Source of the DNA: a virus
Lineage: Duplodnaviria; Caudoviricetes
Length of the DNA: 64,000 bases
IMG/VR virus record: IMGVR_UViG_2876334352_000001
Strand: one strand, 5' to 3'
Shown here: positions 19,692 to 28,937 of the stretch, piece after piece
How positions within the stretch are numbered: position 1 is the stretch's first letter
Layout of the letters: every line of letters starts with the position of its first letter
Program-made: the position numbers and the translations under genes
Notes under the pieces: generated by a model
Told to the model about the DNA's origin: nothing
Database searches by the model: none
Seen by the model: the letters and a program-made list of their open reading frames with translations, nothing else

Positions 19692-20016
19692 GGTGACCTC
19701 CTGTATGACGGTACTGCTGTACCACTTCCAGTTTGTTGTAGAGTGCGTCCAGCTTGGCCTCGATGACCGTCTGGCCACGGATGTAATCCTCGCGGCGGAC
19801 GTAGTTCAGCGGTAAATCCGCCTTAAACCGCATAAATTCTTTTTCCAGCTCGCCCCAGTTGGAGGCGGACTGTTGCAGCGACTGCTCAAGGGAGGCGAAC
19901 CGCGCCGCCTGACGCTCCTCCGCTTTACTGAACAGCCACTTGGCCATACCGCCGACAAAGCTCATGAAGGTGATGAGAAAGCCCACCACCGTCCAGAATT
20001 CAACCTGCAACGTCAT
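19684..20016 (-). CDS. Membrane-anchored coiled-coil protein (Mu gp25/DUF2730-like)
   Basis: N-terminal TM; LPLNYVRREDY. Confidence 0.7.
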   Translation of the reverse strand: MTLQVEFWTVVGFLITFMSFVGGMAKWLFSKAEERQAARFASLEQSLQQSASNWGELEKEFMRFKADLPLNYVRREDYIRGQTVIEAKLDALYNKLEVVQQYRHTGGHHG

Positions 20017-20666
20017 TTCTGTAATCCTTCCCGTTCGTCCAGCAGCCCGTTTATCTGGCTGCGCCAGATGCGGCACTGCTTCGCGTTGTCGATGATGTTG
20101 GCGAGGACGTCACGCTGGGAGACGCCTGAGTCGCGTAGCCAGGCGTCAGCGGCTTCAGGTTGCCCGGACGCAGCGCCAGTGCCGGTGCCAGTGGCGGCAG
20201 CTGTGTCTGAATGACCTGTGTCGACGGATGCGTTGTCATATCCAAGCGCGGCGTTGTACTGGCGCACGAAACCGCGAGTAAACACGCACTCAATGGGATG
20301 GCTCTTACCTTTTTCATCAATCCAGCGCTGTGTGACATCGTTAATTTGCCCCTGTAGTTGTTTGTTCTGGCTCTCCAGTTGAGCAATCTGCTCAAGGTAA
20401 CTGGTCTCGGCCTGCTGCCCGGCGGCTACCTGCTCCTGATACCGTTTTGCCCATGCTCGCAACGCAGCGTTCTCAAGCGTTGCCTGCTCCGTTTTGTATG
20501 TGTCGAATGCTGACTGCAACTCACTGATCGCCTTATCGCCGTCGCGCGTGGCGTTTTCATGCCCGCTTTTGTAGCCCAGGTAATAAAGTCCAATCAGAAA
20601 AGCATTTATGAGCACTGCCAGCAGCAGACTGCGCCACGGCAGATTTTTTAGCAGGTTAGTCCACAC
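20013..20666 (-). CDS. Inner-membrane spanin (Rz-like)
   Basis: GTG start, N-terminal TM, coiled coil; follows the endolysin. Confidence 0.75.
   Translation of the reverse strand: MWTNLLKNLPWRSLLLAVLINAFLIGLYYLGYKSGHENATRDGDKAISELQSAFDTYKTEQATLENAALRAWAKRYQEQVAAGQQAETSYLEQIAQLESQNKQLQGQINDVTQRWIDEKGKSHPIECVFTRGFVRQYNAALGYDNASVDTGHSDTAAATGTGTGAASGQPEAADAWLRDSGVSQRDVLANIIDNAKQCRIWRSQINGLLDEREGLQK
20051..20317 (-). CDS. Putative embedded outer-membrane spanin (Rz1-like lipoprotein)
   Basis: MKKVRAIPLSACLLAVS-C lipobox-like signal; Pro-rich; nested in another frame of Rz. Confidence 0.55.
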   Translation of the reverse strand: MKKVRAIPLSACLLAVSCASTTPRLDMTTHPSTQVIQTQLPPLAPALALRPGNLKPLTPGYATQASPSVTSSPTSSTTRSSAASGAAR

Positions 20667-21378
20667 AGCTGCCGCCCCCCCATGTGAGATAGCGCGGAGC
20701 CAGCTCCCGCAGGATGCGCTGTGGATAGTGGCGGTTCTCCCGCCAGTTGGCAGCGCTGCGCCCGGCATTCACCGTGGCGACATGTCCAAACCAGCGGGTA
20801 CTGTCCAGCCCCTGCTGTAAGGCCAGCCGTTTGTCCCGCTGTACCCAGCCCAGACCGCCGTTATAGCCCGACAGCGTCATGGCCATACGCTCACAGTTGT
20901 TGGCGGCGCTGACGCGCTGCCACAGCCAGCGGTCATAGCTGACCAGCGCCCGGATGGCCCACGCCGGATTAAACGGCTCGCGGCTGTTCAGCCCCGGCAT
21001 CAGCTGACTTACCCAGTCAGCAGTGGCGGGCATAAACTGCGCCAGCCCCTGAGCGCCAACCGGCGAAACCGCATCAGGTCGCCAGCCGCTTTCCTGATGC
21101 AGCTGTGCGGCGAAGTCAGCCACCGGCGCAGACAGTCCCCATTCAAGCCGGGCATTACGGATCACATCGTCGCGATACGGCAGCGCGGCCTGCGGTGGCT
21201 GGGCTGCGCGGGCCTGACTGAAGAAGCCGCCACACCAGAGCAGCCAGGCAATAACTAGGTTGCCAGCGAGCTGCCACCAGAAGCTGTATTTATCGTTGCG
21301 TGGCTCGCCATGCTTGATGGCGGTTACGCCCAGACCAAAGGCAAGCAGGATGATGAGGGTGATTTGAGGCCAGTTCAT
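20656..21378 (-). CDS. Endolysin, lytic transglycosylase (SLT) with N-terminal hydrophobic segments
   Basis: HQESGW, GAQGLAQFMP, SGYNGG motifs. Confidence 0.9.
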   Translation of the reverse strand: MNWPQITLIILLAFGLGVTAIKHGEPRNDKYSFWWQLAGNLVIAWLLWCGGFFSQARAAQPPQAALPYRDDVIRNARLEWGLSAPVADFAAQLHQESGWRPDAVSPVGAQGLAQFMPATADWVSQLMPGLNSREPFNPAWAIRALVSYDRWLWQRVSAANNCERMAMTLSGYNGGLGWVQRDKRLALQQGLDSTRWFGHVATVNAGRSAANWRENRHYPQRILRELAPRYLTWGGGSCVD

Positions 21379-21380
21379 GA

Positions 21381-21731
21381 TTACAGCCCCGTCGCTACGG
21401 CCAGACAGACTGCGGCAACAATCAGCGCACGGCGGATTAGCGCAGCGCAAAAGACCAGGTGAAGGCCAGTCTGGACGGGGAAGCGACCATCAGCCATCAG
21501 CCTGTCATCATGCTTCAGGTACTGACCGGGACGGGCTTTGGGGAAAAGCGAACGGTCAAGCCAGTAGCCCAGCACAGCCGCCAGCGTGATGAGCGACAGC
21601 TTGTAGACAACCACCGGCAGCTGCTGGGGCGAGACCAGACCGATGGTGCCGAGCAACAGCACAGAGGTCAGCAGCCAGCCGCTGAGACGGGGCTTTTTAA
21701 CAGGGGGAATGAATTTTTTCAGGTTTTTCAT
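21381..21731 (-). CDS. Putative holin
   Basis: 116 aa with three hydrophobic helices; first gene of the lysis cassette. Confidence 0.75.
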   Translation of the reverse strand: MKNLKKFIPPVKKPRLSGWLLTSVLLLGTIGLVSPQQLPVVVYKLSLITLAAVLGYWLDRSLFPKARPGQYLKHDDRLMADGRFPVQTGLHLVFCAALIRRALIVAAVCLAVATGL

Positions 21732-21757
21732 GGTGCGTCTCCTTGTGTGGTGGAGAC

Positions 21758-21800
21758 AGCATCACAAATGGTCGGGGAAAGGGATTTTAAACAGCGTTAA
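21758..21800 (-). promoter_or_regulatory. Putative late promoter of the lysis operon (Mu Plys analogue)
   Basis: TTAAACAGCGTTAA at 21787-21800 plus GATGCT at the conserved distance. Confidence 0.65.
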
Positions 21801-21979
21801 TAGTGAGGATGCGGACGAGAACCGCATGATGGCTTTGAAAGAACGACCAGCCCGGTGCGGTAACACCAGGCTGGTCATCAACCCACAGGTATGCACTGTG
21901 AGCCGACCAGGGTTCAGTCAGTCTCGCGAGACCAGACTAGCCTGCCATATTTTCATTGATTGCAAAAGGCTTACGGATA

Positions 21980-22744
21980 ATGAAAGAACAATCTTTACCC
22001 ATCGTCCCATGGATTGGTGGTAAACGTCGTCTGGCGAAGCATATTTTACCGTTGTTTCCGGCCCATACCTGCTATGTGGAGCCGTTCTGCGGGGCAGCTG
22101 CGCTCTATTTCCTAAAGACTCCCAGCAAGACCGAAGTCATTAACGATATCAACGGGGAACTGGTGAACCTCTATCGGGTGGTCAAGCATCATCTGGAAGA
22201 ATTTATTCGCCAGTTTAAATGGGCGCTGGTCAGCCGTCAGATATACAAGTGGCTGCAGGATACGCCGGAAGAAACGCTCACTGACATTCAGCGGGCGGCC
22301 CGGTTCTACTACCTACAGAAACAGGCGTTTGGAGGCAAGGTCGCCGATCACACGTTCGGGACCTCTACAACCAGTGCGCCGCGCTTCAATCTGCTGCGCA
22401 TTGAGGAGGAACTGTCTATGGCACACCTGCGCCTGTCGAGAACGCTGATAGAGCATCTGGACTGGCACCAGTGCATAGAGCGATATGATCGCCCCCACAC
22501 GCTTTTCTACTGTGATCCACCGTACTGGGGAACGGAAGGCTATGGTGTGGATTTCCCTATAGGTAACTATGTCCACATGGCGGAGCTGGCGCGGAGCATC
22601 AAAGGTAAGATGATTATATCGGTGAACGATATCCCGGAAATGCGGCAGGCATTCAATGGTCTGAATATTCAAACCGTTGATATCAACTACAGCCTGGCGG
22701 GTAAGCCATCACCGCGCCAGGAACTTGTGATATGCAATTTCTGA
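21980..22744 (+). CDS. D12-class DNA adenine methyltransferase (prophage)
   Basis: WIGGK, YVEPFCG, INDIN and DPPY motifs. Confidence 0.93.
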   Translation: MKEQSLPIVPWIGGKRRLAKHILPLFPAHTCYVEPFCGAAALYFLKTPSKTEVINDINGELVNLYRVVKHHLEEFIRQFKWALVSRQIYKWLQDTPEETLTDIQRAARFYYLQKQAFGGKVADHTFGTSTTSAPRFNLLRIEEELSMAHLRLSRTLIEHLDWHQCIERYDRPHTLFYCDPPYWGTEGYGVDFPIGNYVHMAELARSIKGKMIISVNDIPEMRQAFNGLNIQTVDINYSLAGKPSPRQELVICNF

Positions 22745-22756
22745 AAGGAGAAACGC

Positions 22757-23014
22757 ATGAGTTCAGCAATCAATAAGCCCAAAGCCTCATACTTAATGGG
22801 AATAACCTGCGATGAGTATGAAACTGCAGCAAAAATCTACACACTTAGCGTCAATGCGGACAATCTGGCAGAGGCGATAAGAGAGATGCAGGCCGCGCTT
22901 GAGCAGGTGGAGAAAACGCCACGAATGCTCCCTGAAAATAAGCTAAAAGGAATACTCATTGGACAGATAAGACTGACCATCAGCGCCAATCCCCAAAGCA
23001 GAAAGCCTTGCTAA
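22757..23014 (+). CDS. Hypothetical protein
   Basis: AGGAG SD; downstream of the methylase. Confidence 0.6.
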   Translation: MSSAINKPKASYLMGITCDEYETAAKIYTLSVNADNLAEAIREMQAALEQVEKTPRMLPENKLKGILIGQIRLTISANPQSRKPC

Positions 23015-23016
23015 TG

Positions 23017-23955
23017 TCAGTTTATCGGGCAGCTCCAGCTAGTCTTGTCATCAGGTGTAAATATCATCAGACAGCCCGCTCTTGGAGGTTTATTGTCTGA
23101 CGTAGGGGGTAACACCTCCATTTTTTTCTGTACTGGTGGAGCTTGCCTGATTTCTTTTGCACAACTCACAGCGCTTTCATGATATGAGTCATATTGACGT
23201 TTAATTTGTTTTAAAGCGGAACCAGCTCGTTGAGGGTCATTTGAAGATAAATCTTTAAGTGAGCTAATTTGTGTAGACCACCATTGCTGAACGTTAGCCC
23301 CCGCCATCCTGCAAGAGCCATAAGCTGGGAACATATCCCCCTCCATTACAAACTGCTTACCCTCACTCTCCAGTTGCCTGAACAATCTGGCGTAGTTAGG
23401 AAAATCATCTGGTTGCCAGTCTGTTTTTTGCTTAACCATCTGCACGATATCCCACACTTTTTTTAGATATGCGACACCAATATCTACACGTTGTTTGTCG
23501 TTTAACTTTGCAAAATCATACGGCATATAGGTTAATTCGTCGGCATTGAAATAGAACCAATAGTCGCTATCTAAATCCTGCACAACTCTATCTAGGGCAA
23601 CGGATTTACAGGCTCTTTTAGGCACTTTTATAGCTGTACCTTCTTTATTGATTTCAATGAAGCAATTATTCCCCTGAGAGAGATAATCTGCGGGTATGTT
23701 TGCATTTTCAGGAACATGAAACACGATAGTGAGCCAATGATTTTGCTCAACGTGAATATTTTCGAACTGATCTGCGTACCGATTTAACCCTGGCAGTAGA
23801 TTTTTGATAGCAGGCAACAGCTTGTTTACAGTCAAATCGTCCGTTTTTACATTGAATTCTACGGACGGAGTAGAAGGAGAATCCGATACACCATCTGATC
23901 CACTATCACAACCGACCAGCAATGACAGAGCTAAGACCAAAAACATCTTACGCAT
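23017..23955 (-). CDS. Lipoprotein moron of unknown function
   Basis: LLVG-C lipobox; AT-richer than the phage core. Confidence 0.75.
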   Translation of the reverse strand: MRKMFLVLALSLLVGCDSGSDGVSDSPSTPSVEFNVKTDDLTVNKLLPAIKNLLPGLNRYADQFENIHVEQNHWLTIVFHVPENANIPADYLSQGNNCFIEINKEGTAIKVPKRACKSVALDRVVQDLDSDYWFYFNADELTYMPYDFAKLNDKQRVDIGVAYLKKVWDIVQMVKQKTDWQPDDFPNYARLFRQLESEGKQFVMEGDMFPAYGSCRMAGANVQQWWSTQISSLKDLSSNDPQRAGSALKQIKRQYDSYHESAVSCAKEIRQAPPVQKKMEVLPPTSDNKPPRAGCLMIFTPDDKTSWSCPIN

Positions 23956-24078
23956 ATATATCCTTATGTTGTCTCTTAGAACGCTCTAACCCTATTTATT
24001 CTTTTTGTAACTTTGCCTGCGAAAGGTAGCAAAATCGACCACATTATCTTTACTCTCAGCCCCTTTTTACCAGTGTGC

Positions 24079-24417
24079 TCAACTAGCAAACTTGCTGGGT
24101 TTTGGCTGAGTGAGGACTTTGCCGACCTCAAGAATAGCCCTCCGCTGTTCGGGACTCATGTCGTCGAACGCGTCCATTAACTCTTTCTTTTCTTGTGACT
24201 CGTAAGGTGCAACAACAGGTTGGCTCCTCATCCCAGTAACTACATACAAAACATCCACGCCGATTTCTGATAGTGCAGATAACTGCACTGCAGTTGGGGA
24301 AGTGCGATCTTTCTCCCAATCTATGAAAGTTCTCTTCGCCACACCTATAGCGTCAGCTAACCCTTGCTGCGTAAGGGATAGACGTTCTCTTTCTTCTTTA
24401 ATACGTAAACCGATCAT
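24079..24417 (-). CDS. Prophage repressor (XRE HTH)
   Basis: IGLRIKEERERLSLTQ..WEKDRTSP; divergent from the Ner/Cro-like gene. Confidence 0.9.
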   Translation of the reverse strand: MIGLRIKEERERLSLTQQGLADAIGVAKRTFIDWEKDRTSPTAVQLSALSEIGVDVLYVVTGMRSQPVVAPYESQEKKELMDAFDDMSPEQRRAILEVGKVLTQPKPSKFAS

Positions 24418-24470
24418 GTGAGTATTTCTGCACTCTTAAAGTTGACTGGTGAGGAAATCTGCACCATAAT
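24418..24470 (+). promoter_or_regulatory. Early promoter with two operator repeats
   Basis: TTGACT(24442)-17 bp-CATAAT(24465); GTGAGNAWWTCTGCAC at 24418-24433 and 24449-24464. Confidence 0.8.
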
Positions 24471-24517
24471 CTATCACACATAAGGCAAACATCATTGCAT
24501 CAACAAAGGAGACAACG

Positions 24518-24706
24518 ATGACTGCAGAACAAGTCAAATCTCTCTTCCGCCAGCGCGGGGTCACTTTCACCCGCTGGGCTGAAGAAAACGGCTACAGCCG
24601 CAATGAGGTCTACCGTGTTCTTAACGGCTTCACCAAAGCTCGTTACGGCAAATCACACGAAATTGCAGTGAAGCTGGGTCTGAAACCAGATTCGAATGCG
24701 GCGTAA
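24518..24706 (+). CDS. Ner/Cro-like DNA-binding protein
   Basis: RWAEENGY..VYRVLNG..HEIAVKLGLK; GGAG SD. Confidence 0.85.
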   Translation: MTAEQVKSLFRQRGVTFTRWAEENGYSRNEVYRVLNGFTKARYGKSHEIAVKLGLKPDSNAA

Positions 24707-24758
24707 CGTTTTAGCCCGTGTAACAGATTATCACATATCGCAAAAAGGGGAATGTGAC

Positions 24759-25064
24759 ATGAGTAAGGCAAATGTATCCAGTTCTGGCTCCCGCATTCTG
24801 CGCGTTCTTAAAGCACTGCGTGGCCACGCCCTGAACGGTGTTTCTAACGGTGAACTGGCATCGGCTCTGGGCGAGTCACCGGCGAATATCAATCGTGCGC
24901 TGAATACCCTTATCGAAGAAGGACTGGCCCTGAAACTGGATAACGGACGTTTCGCCCCTGGAGTTCAGCTCTTACAAATCGCCATGGCGCACAGTACCGA
25001 GATGGCACGGGCGCAGGATCGTATTAATGAAATCAACCAGCGTGTTATGGCTGGCAGTCGCTAA
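24759..25064 (+). CDS. IclR-like HTH protein
   Basis: RILRVLKAL..SPANINRALNTL. Confidence 0.75.
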   Translation: MSKANVSSSGSRILRVLKALRGHALNGVSNGELASALGESPANINRALNTLIEEGLALKLDNGRFAPGVQLLQIAMAHSTEMARAQDRINEINQRVMAGSR

Positions 25065-25073
25065 GGAGTTGAA

Positions 25074-25985
25074 ATGGGACGCACAAAATCACAACCAGTC
25101 GAACTAATGGAAGATGCACCGCTGACCGATGGTCTCAGCGTCAATCTTAATGCTATGTCCGAACATCGCCTCGAAATCATGCAGCAGTTTGGTGATGGTC
25201 TGCCGTATGAACGTGATCGTATTGTCCATGAAACACGGTTTTATATGGCGCAGAGTGCTGAGGCCATGCTTGAAGCAGGTAAACGCCTTGTAATTCTTAA
25301 AGAAAATGAACCTTACGGCGATTTCACAAACATCCTCGAAAATGATTTGGGGTTAGCTCCACAGGTAGCACGCCGCATGATGCAGGCCAGCGTGAAATTT
25401 CTCGGCAATGGCGATGATCAACCAAAACGCTCAGCGCTGAGCGTTTTGGGTAAGACCAAGTTGTATGAACTGATGGTTCTGGATGATGAAGAACTCGATG
25501 CATTAGCTGATGGTGGTACCGTCGCCGGGGCAACACTTGATGATATTGACCGCATGACAAGCCGCGAACTGAAAGCAGCCCTACGCGAAGCGCGCGAAAC
25601 CAACGCAGCACAACAGCGCGTGCTGGCCGACAAAAACGAAAAAATCGACTCGCTTTCCACAAAACTGGAGAAGAAATCCCGTATCCAGCCGCCCAAGCCT
25701 GACGAAGAGGTGAAGAAGTTGCGGGCAGAAGTGACGGCGTTAGCGGTTGAGGCGGAATCTGCCATCGCCGTTCGACTGTCCAGCGCCTTTGAAACCCTGT
25801 GCGCATACTGCGCTGAAAACATGATTGATACACCCAGAGACTTTATGGCAGGTCTGGTCTGCCAGCTGGAAAGCACCGCACGTAGCCTGCGCTCCACATT
25901 TGACCTGCCGGATGAGCCGACAGGTAACGCCGCCCCTTCATGGCTGACTGACCCGACGCCACAGATTAACGGGCAGGAGGCATAA
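25074..25985 (+). CDS. DUF3102-like phage protein
   Basis: LEAGKRLVILKENEPYGDF; precedes the transposase. Confidence 0.7.
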   Translation: MGRTKSQPVELMEDAPLTDGLSVNLNAMSEHRLEIMQQFGDGLPYERDRIVHETRFYMAQSAEAMLEAGKRLVILKENEPYGDFTNILENDLGLAPQVARRMMQASVKFLGNGDDQPKRSALSVLGKTKLYELMVLDDEELDALADGGTVAGATLDDIDRMTSRELKAALREARETNAAQQRVLADKNEKIDSLSTKLEKKSRIQPPKPDEEVKKLRAEVTALAVEAESAIAVRLSSAFETLCAYCAENMIDTPRDFMAGLVCQLESTARSLRSTFDLPDEPTGNAAPSWLTDPTPQINGQEA

Positions 25986-25988
25986 CCG

Positions 25989-27758
25989 ATGAGTGCCGCC
26001 CTGACTGAACGACTGGTTTATGTTGCCCGCGCGGCACGTGACGCGGGGCATGGTAAGCGCGGTGCGATATATGACGCCGCCTGCGCTGAACTGGGCATGT
26101 CCCGTGCCACCCTGCTGCGCAAGCTGAAGGAGGTATCAGTGACTGACAAACGTAAAAAACGCGCCGATGCCGGGCGCAGCGCCCTGAGCCGCGACGAAGC
26201 CGCGCTGATATCTGCCACGCTACGCGAGGCCACCCGTAAGAACGGTAAGCGCCTGTATTCCATCGCGGATGCGGTGGAGACCCTGCGTTCAAACGGCTTT
26301 ATCACCGCAGGCAGAACGGACGAGGCCACAGGCGAGTTTTTCCCGCTGTCCGAGGACACCATCAGCCGCGCCCTGCGTAACTATGGCCTGCACCCGGAGC
26401 AGCTTGACGCACCGGCTCCGTCGTCTGAGATGGCCAGCCTGCATCCCAACCACGTCTGGGAGATTGATGCCTCACTTTGTACGCTTTACTACCTGAGCAA
26501 CGGCCATAAAGGGTTGCAGGTGATGGACAGCGCGAAGTTCTACAAGAACAAGCCTGCCAACATCGCACGCATCGCCAGTGACCGCGTGTGGAGTTACGAG
26601 ATTACCGACCATACCAGCGGCTGGATTTACGTTGAGTACGTGATGGGCGCGGAATCCGGTGAGAACCTCTGTTCTGTTCTTATCAACGCCATGCAGGAGC
26701 GTGGTGGCGCTGACGTGCTGCACGGCGTGCCGAAAATACTCTACCTCGACCCCGGCTCGGCGAACACCGCTGGCATGACGAAAAACATGTGCCGCTCACT
26801 GGGTATCAACCTGATAGCACATAAACCACATAACGCCCGCGCCACCGGGCAGGTGGAAAAGGCGCGTGACATTATCGAACGCAAGCTGGAGCCGGGTCTC
26901 AAGTTCCAGCCGGTTCACAGCCTGGAAGAGCTGAACGCGCTGGCGGTGAAATGGCGCAGCCACTTTAACGCCACGGCTGTTCACAGCCGCCACGGTAAAA
27001 CCCGCACGGATATCTGGCTGAAGATTACCGCTGACCAGCTGAAAAAAGCGCCATCCGTTGAGGTCTGCCGTGAACTGGCGGTGGCCGCACCTGAACTCCG
27101 CAAGGTCACATCAAAACTGCGTGTCTCGTTCCGGGGTGCTGAGTTTGATGTTTCGACGGTGCCGGGCGTACTGGTCGGTGAAAAACTGATGATTACCCGT
27201 AACCCGTGGCGCAGCGATGTTGCGCAGGTAGTGCTGACCGGCGAAGACGGCCACGAGACGTTCTTCCTGGTCGAAGAGGTCAGAAAGAACGAGTTCGGCT
27301 TTGCCGAAAGCGCGGCGGTATTTGGCGAAAACTACAAAGCCCTGCCGGAGACCCCGGCGCAGACGGCGGCAAAAGAAATCGAAGAGCTGGTTACGGGCAC
27401 CGATAACGCCACCGATGCAGCTGCTGCACGCAAGGCGAAGGCGCTGCCGTTCGGCGGGCGACTTGACCCGTACAAACATATCGACGACACCACGCTTCCG
27501 GCCTATATGCCGAAGCGCGGTCAGGCTTCAGACGTGCGCGGGCCGCGTATTGAGCAGCGTCCGCTGACCCATGTGGAGGCGGCGAAAGCCCTGCGCGAGA
27601 AGTTTGGCGCTAACGGCCATATCTGGACGCCGGAACATTACCGCCAGTTAACGGCACAGTACCCGGACGGCGTACCGGAAGCCGCTCTGGATGAGGTCAT
27701 GGTCACCCTGACCACTCCGGCCCGCAACAGCGTTATCAGCATCGTTAACGGTAACTGA
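25989..27758 (+). CDS. Transposase A (DDE)
   Basis: HVWEIDAS, LYLDPGS and GQVEK catalytic residues. Confidence 0.92.
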   Translation: MSAALTERLVYVARAARDAGHGKRGAIYDAACAELGMSRATLLRKLKEVSVTDKRKKRADAGRSALSRDEAALISATLREATRKNGKRLYSIADAVETLRSNGFITAGRTDEATGEFFPLSEDTISRALRNYGLHPEQLDAPAPSSEMASLHPNHVWEIDASLCTLYYLSNGHKGLQVMDSAKFYKNKPANIARIASDRVWSYEITDHTSGWIYVEYVMGAESGENLCSVLINAMQERGGADVLHGVPKILYLDPGSANTAGMTKNMCRSLGINLIAHKPHNARATGQVEKARDIIERKLEPGLKFQPVHSLEELNALAVKWRSHFNATAVHSRHGKTRTDIWLKITADQLKKAPSVEVCRELAVAAPELRKVTSKLRVSFRGAEFDVSTVPGVLVGEKLMITRNPWRSDVAQVVLTGEDGHETFFLVEEVRKNEFGFAESAAVFGENYKALPETPAQTAAKEIEELVTGTDNATDAAAARKAKALPFGGRLDPYKHIDDTTLPAYMPKRGQASDVRGPRIEQRPLTHVEAAKALREKFGANGHIWTPEHYRQLTAQYPDGVPEAALDEVMVTLTTPARNSVISIVNGN

Positions 27759-27768
27759 GGAGGAAGGC

Positions 27769-28935
27769 ATGCTGGTACTGAAGCAACAACTGAAAGAGGC
27801 CCGCATCCCGCAGGCGGCGGTGGCAAGAGCCGTCGCCGTTTCCGAGGCCACGCTGGCCCAGATTGTGAACCATAACGAGTGGCCCCGCACCAGCCCCGAA
27901 GAGGTACGCCAGCGTCTGGCGTTGTATCTGGAAAGTAAGGGGATTGATACAGCGAAAAGTTTTGATGCTGCACAGGGCGCTGTCACACCCCGTACAGCGG
28001 GTACTACCGATAAAACCAACCTCAGTGAGGAAGAGAACATGTTACTCAAAAAGCAGGTGTTATTTCCAGCAACCAAAAAAGCGTTTGGTCTTTTCCGTGA
28101 CCCGTTCGCCGATGAAGCCATGCAGGGCGCGGACGATGTGTTCACCACGCCGGATATCCGCTACGTGCGTGAGGCGCTGTTCCAGACCGCCCGCCACGGT
28201 GGCTTTCTGGCGGTTATCGGCGAGTCCGGTGCGGGTAAATCCACGCTGCGCCGCGACCTGATTGAACGCGTCAACCGCGAGAACGCGCCGGTGATTGTTA
28301 TCGAGCCATACATCATCGCCATGGAAGACAACGACGTGAAGGGCAAAACCCTGAAGGCGGCAGCTATCGCCGAGGCCATCATCAGCACCATCGCGCCGCT
28401 GGAGAGTATCAAACGCAGCCAGGACGCCCGTTTCCGCCAGTTGCACCGCGTCCTGAAGGACAGCAGTCAGGCGGGTTTTAGCCACGTTCTGGTGATTGAG
28501 GAGGCCCACAGTCTGCCCATTCCGACGCTGAAGCACCTCAAACGCTTCTTTGAGCTGGAATCCGGCTTCAAAAAACTGCTGTCCATCGTGCTGATTGGCC
28601 AGCCTGAGCTGGCGGACAAACTGTCCGAACGCAACATGGAAGTCCGTGAGGTCGTCCAGCGCTGCGAGGTGGTTGAACTGCTGCCGCTGGACAACAGCCT
28701 CGAAGAGTTTCTGACGTTCAAACTGCAACGCGCCGGTAAGCAGCTGTCTGACATCATGGACGCCAGCGCAGTGGAAGCCATCCGCGCCCGTCTGAGCAAT
28801 CTGGGCAGCAACCGTAAAAGCATGGTCAGCCTGCTGTATCCGCTGGCCGTCAGTAACCTGGTGATAGCCGCCATGAATCTGGCTGCTGAAATCGGGGTTC
28901 CGCAGGTCAACGCCGACGTCGTCAAAGGAGTTTAA
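27769..28935 (+). CDS. Transposition B protein (ExeA-like AAA ATPase with HTH)
   Basis: GESGAGKS, IEEAH, LIGQPEL. Confidence 0.92.
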   Translation: MLVLKQQLKEARIPQAAVARAVAVSEATLAQIVNHNEWPRTSPEEVRQRLALYLESKGIDTAKSFDAAQGAVTPRTAGTTDKTNLSEEENMLLKKQVLFPATKKAFGLFRDPFADEAMQGADDVFTTPDIRYVREALFQTARHGGFLAVIGESGAGKSTLRRDLIERVNRENAPVIVIEPYIIAMEDNDVKGKTLKAAAIAEAIISTIAPLESIKRSQDARFRQLHRVLKDSSQAGFSHVLVIEEAHSLPIPTLKHLKRFFELESGFKKLLSIVLIGQPELADKLSERNMEVREVVQRCEVVELLPLDNSLEEFLTFKLQRAGKQLSDIMDASAVEAIRARLSNLGSNRKSMVSLLYPLAVSNLVIAAMNLAAEIGVPQVNADVVKGV

Positions 28936-28937
28936 TC

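Noticed and set aside
21826-22023. Com zinc-finger translational activator
   Set aside because: Four Cys are present but not arranged as two CxxC pairs
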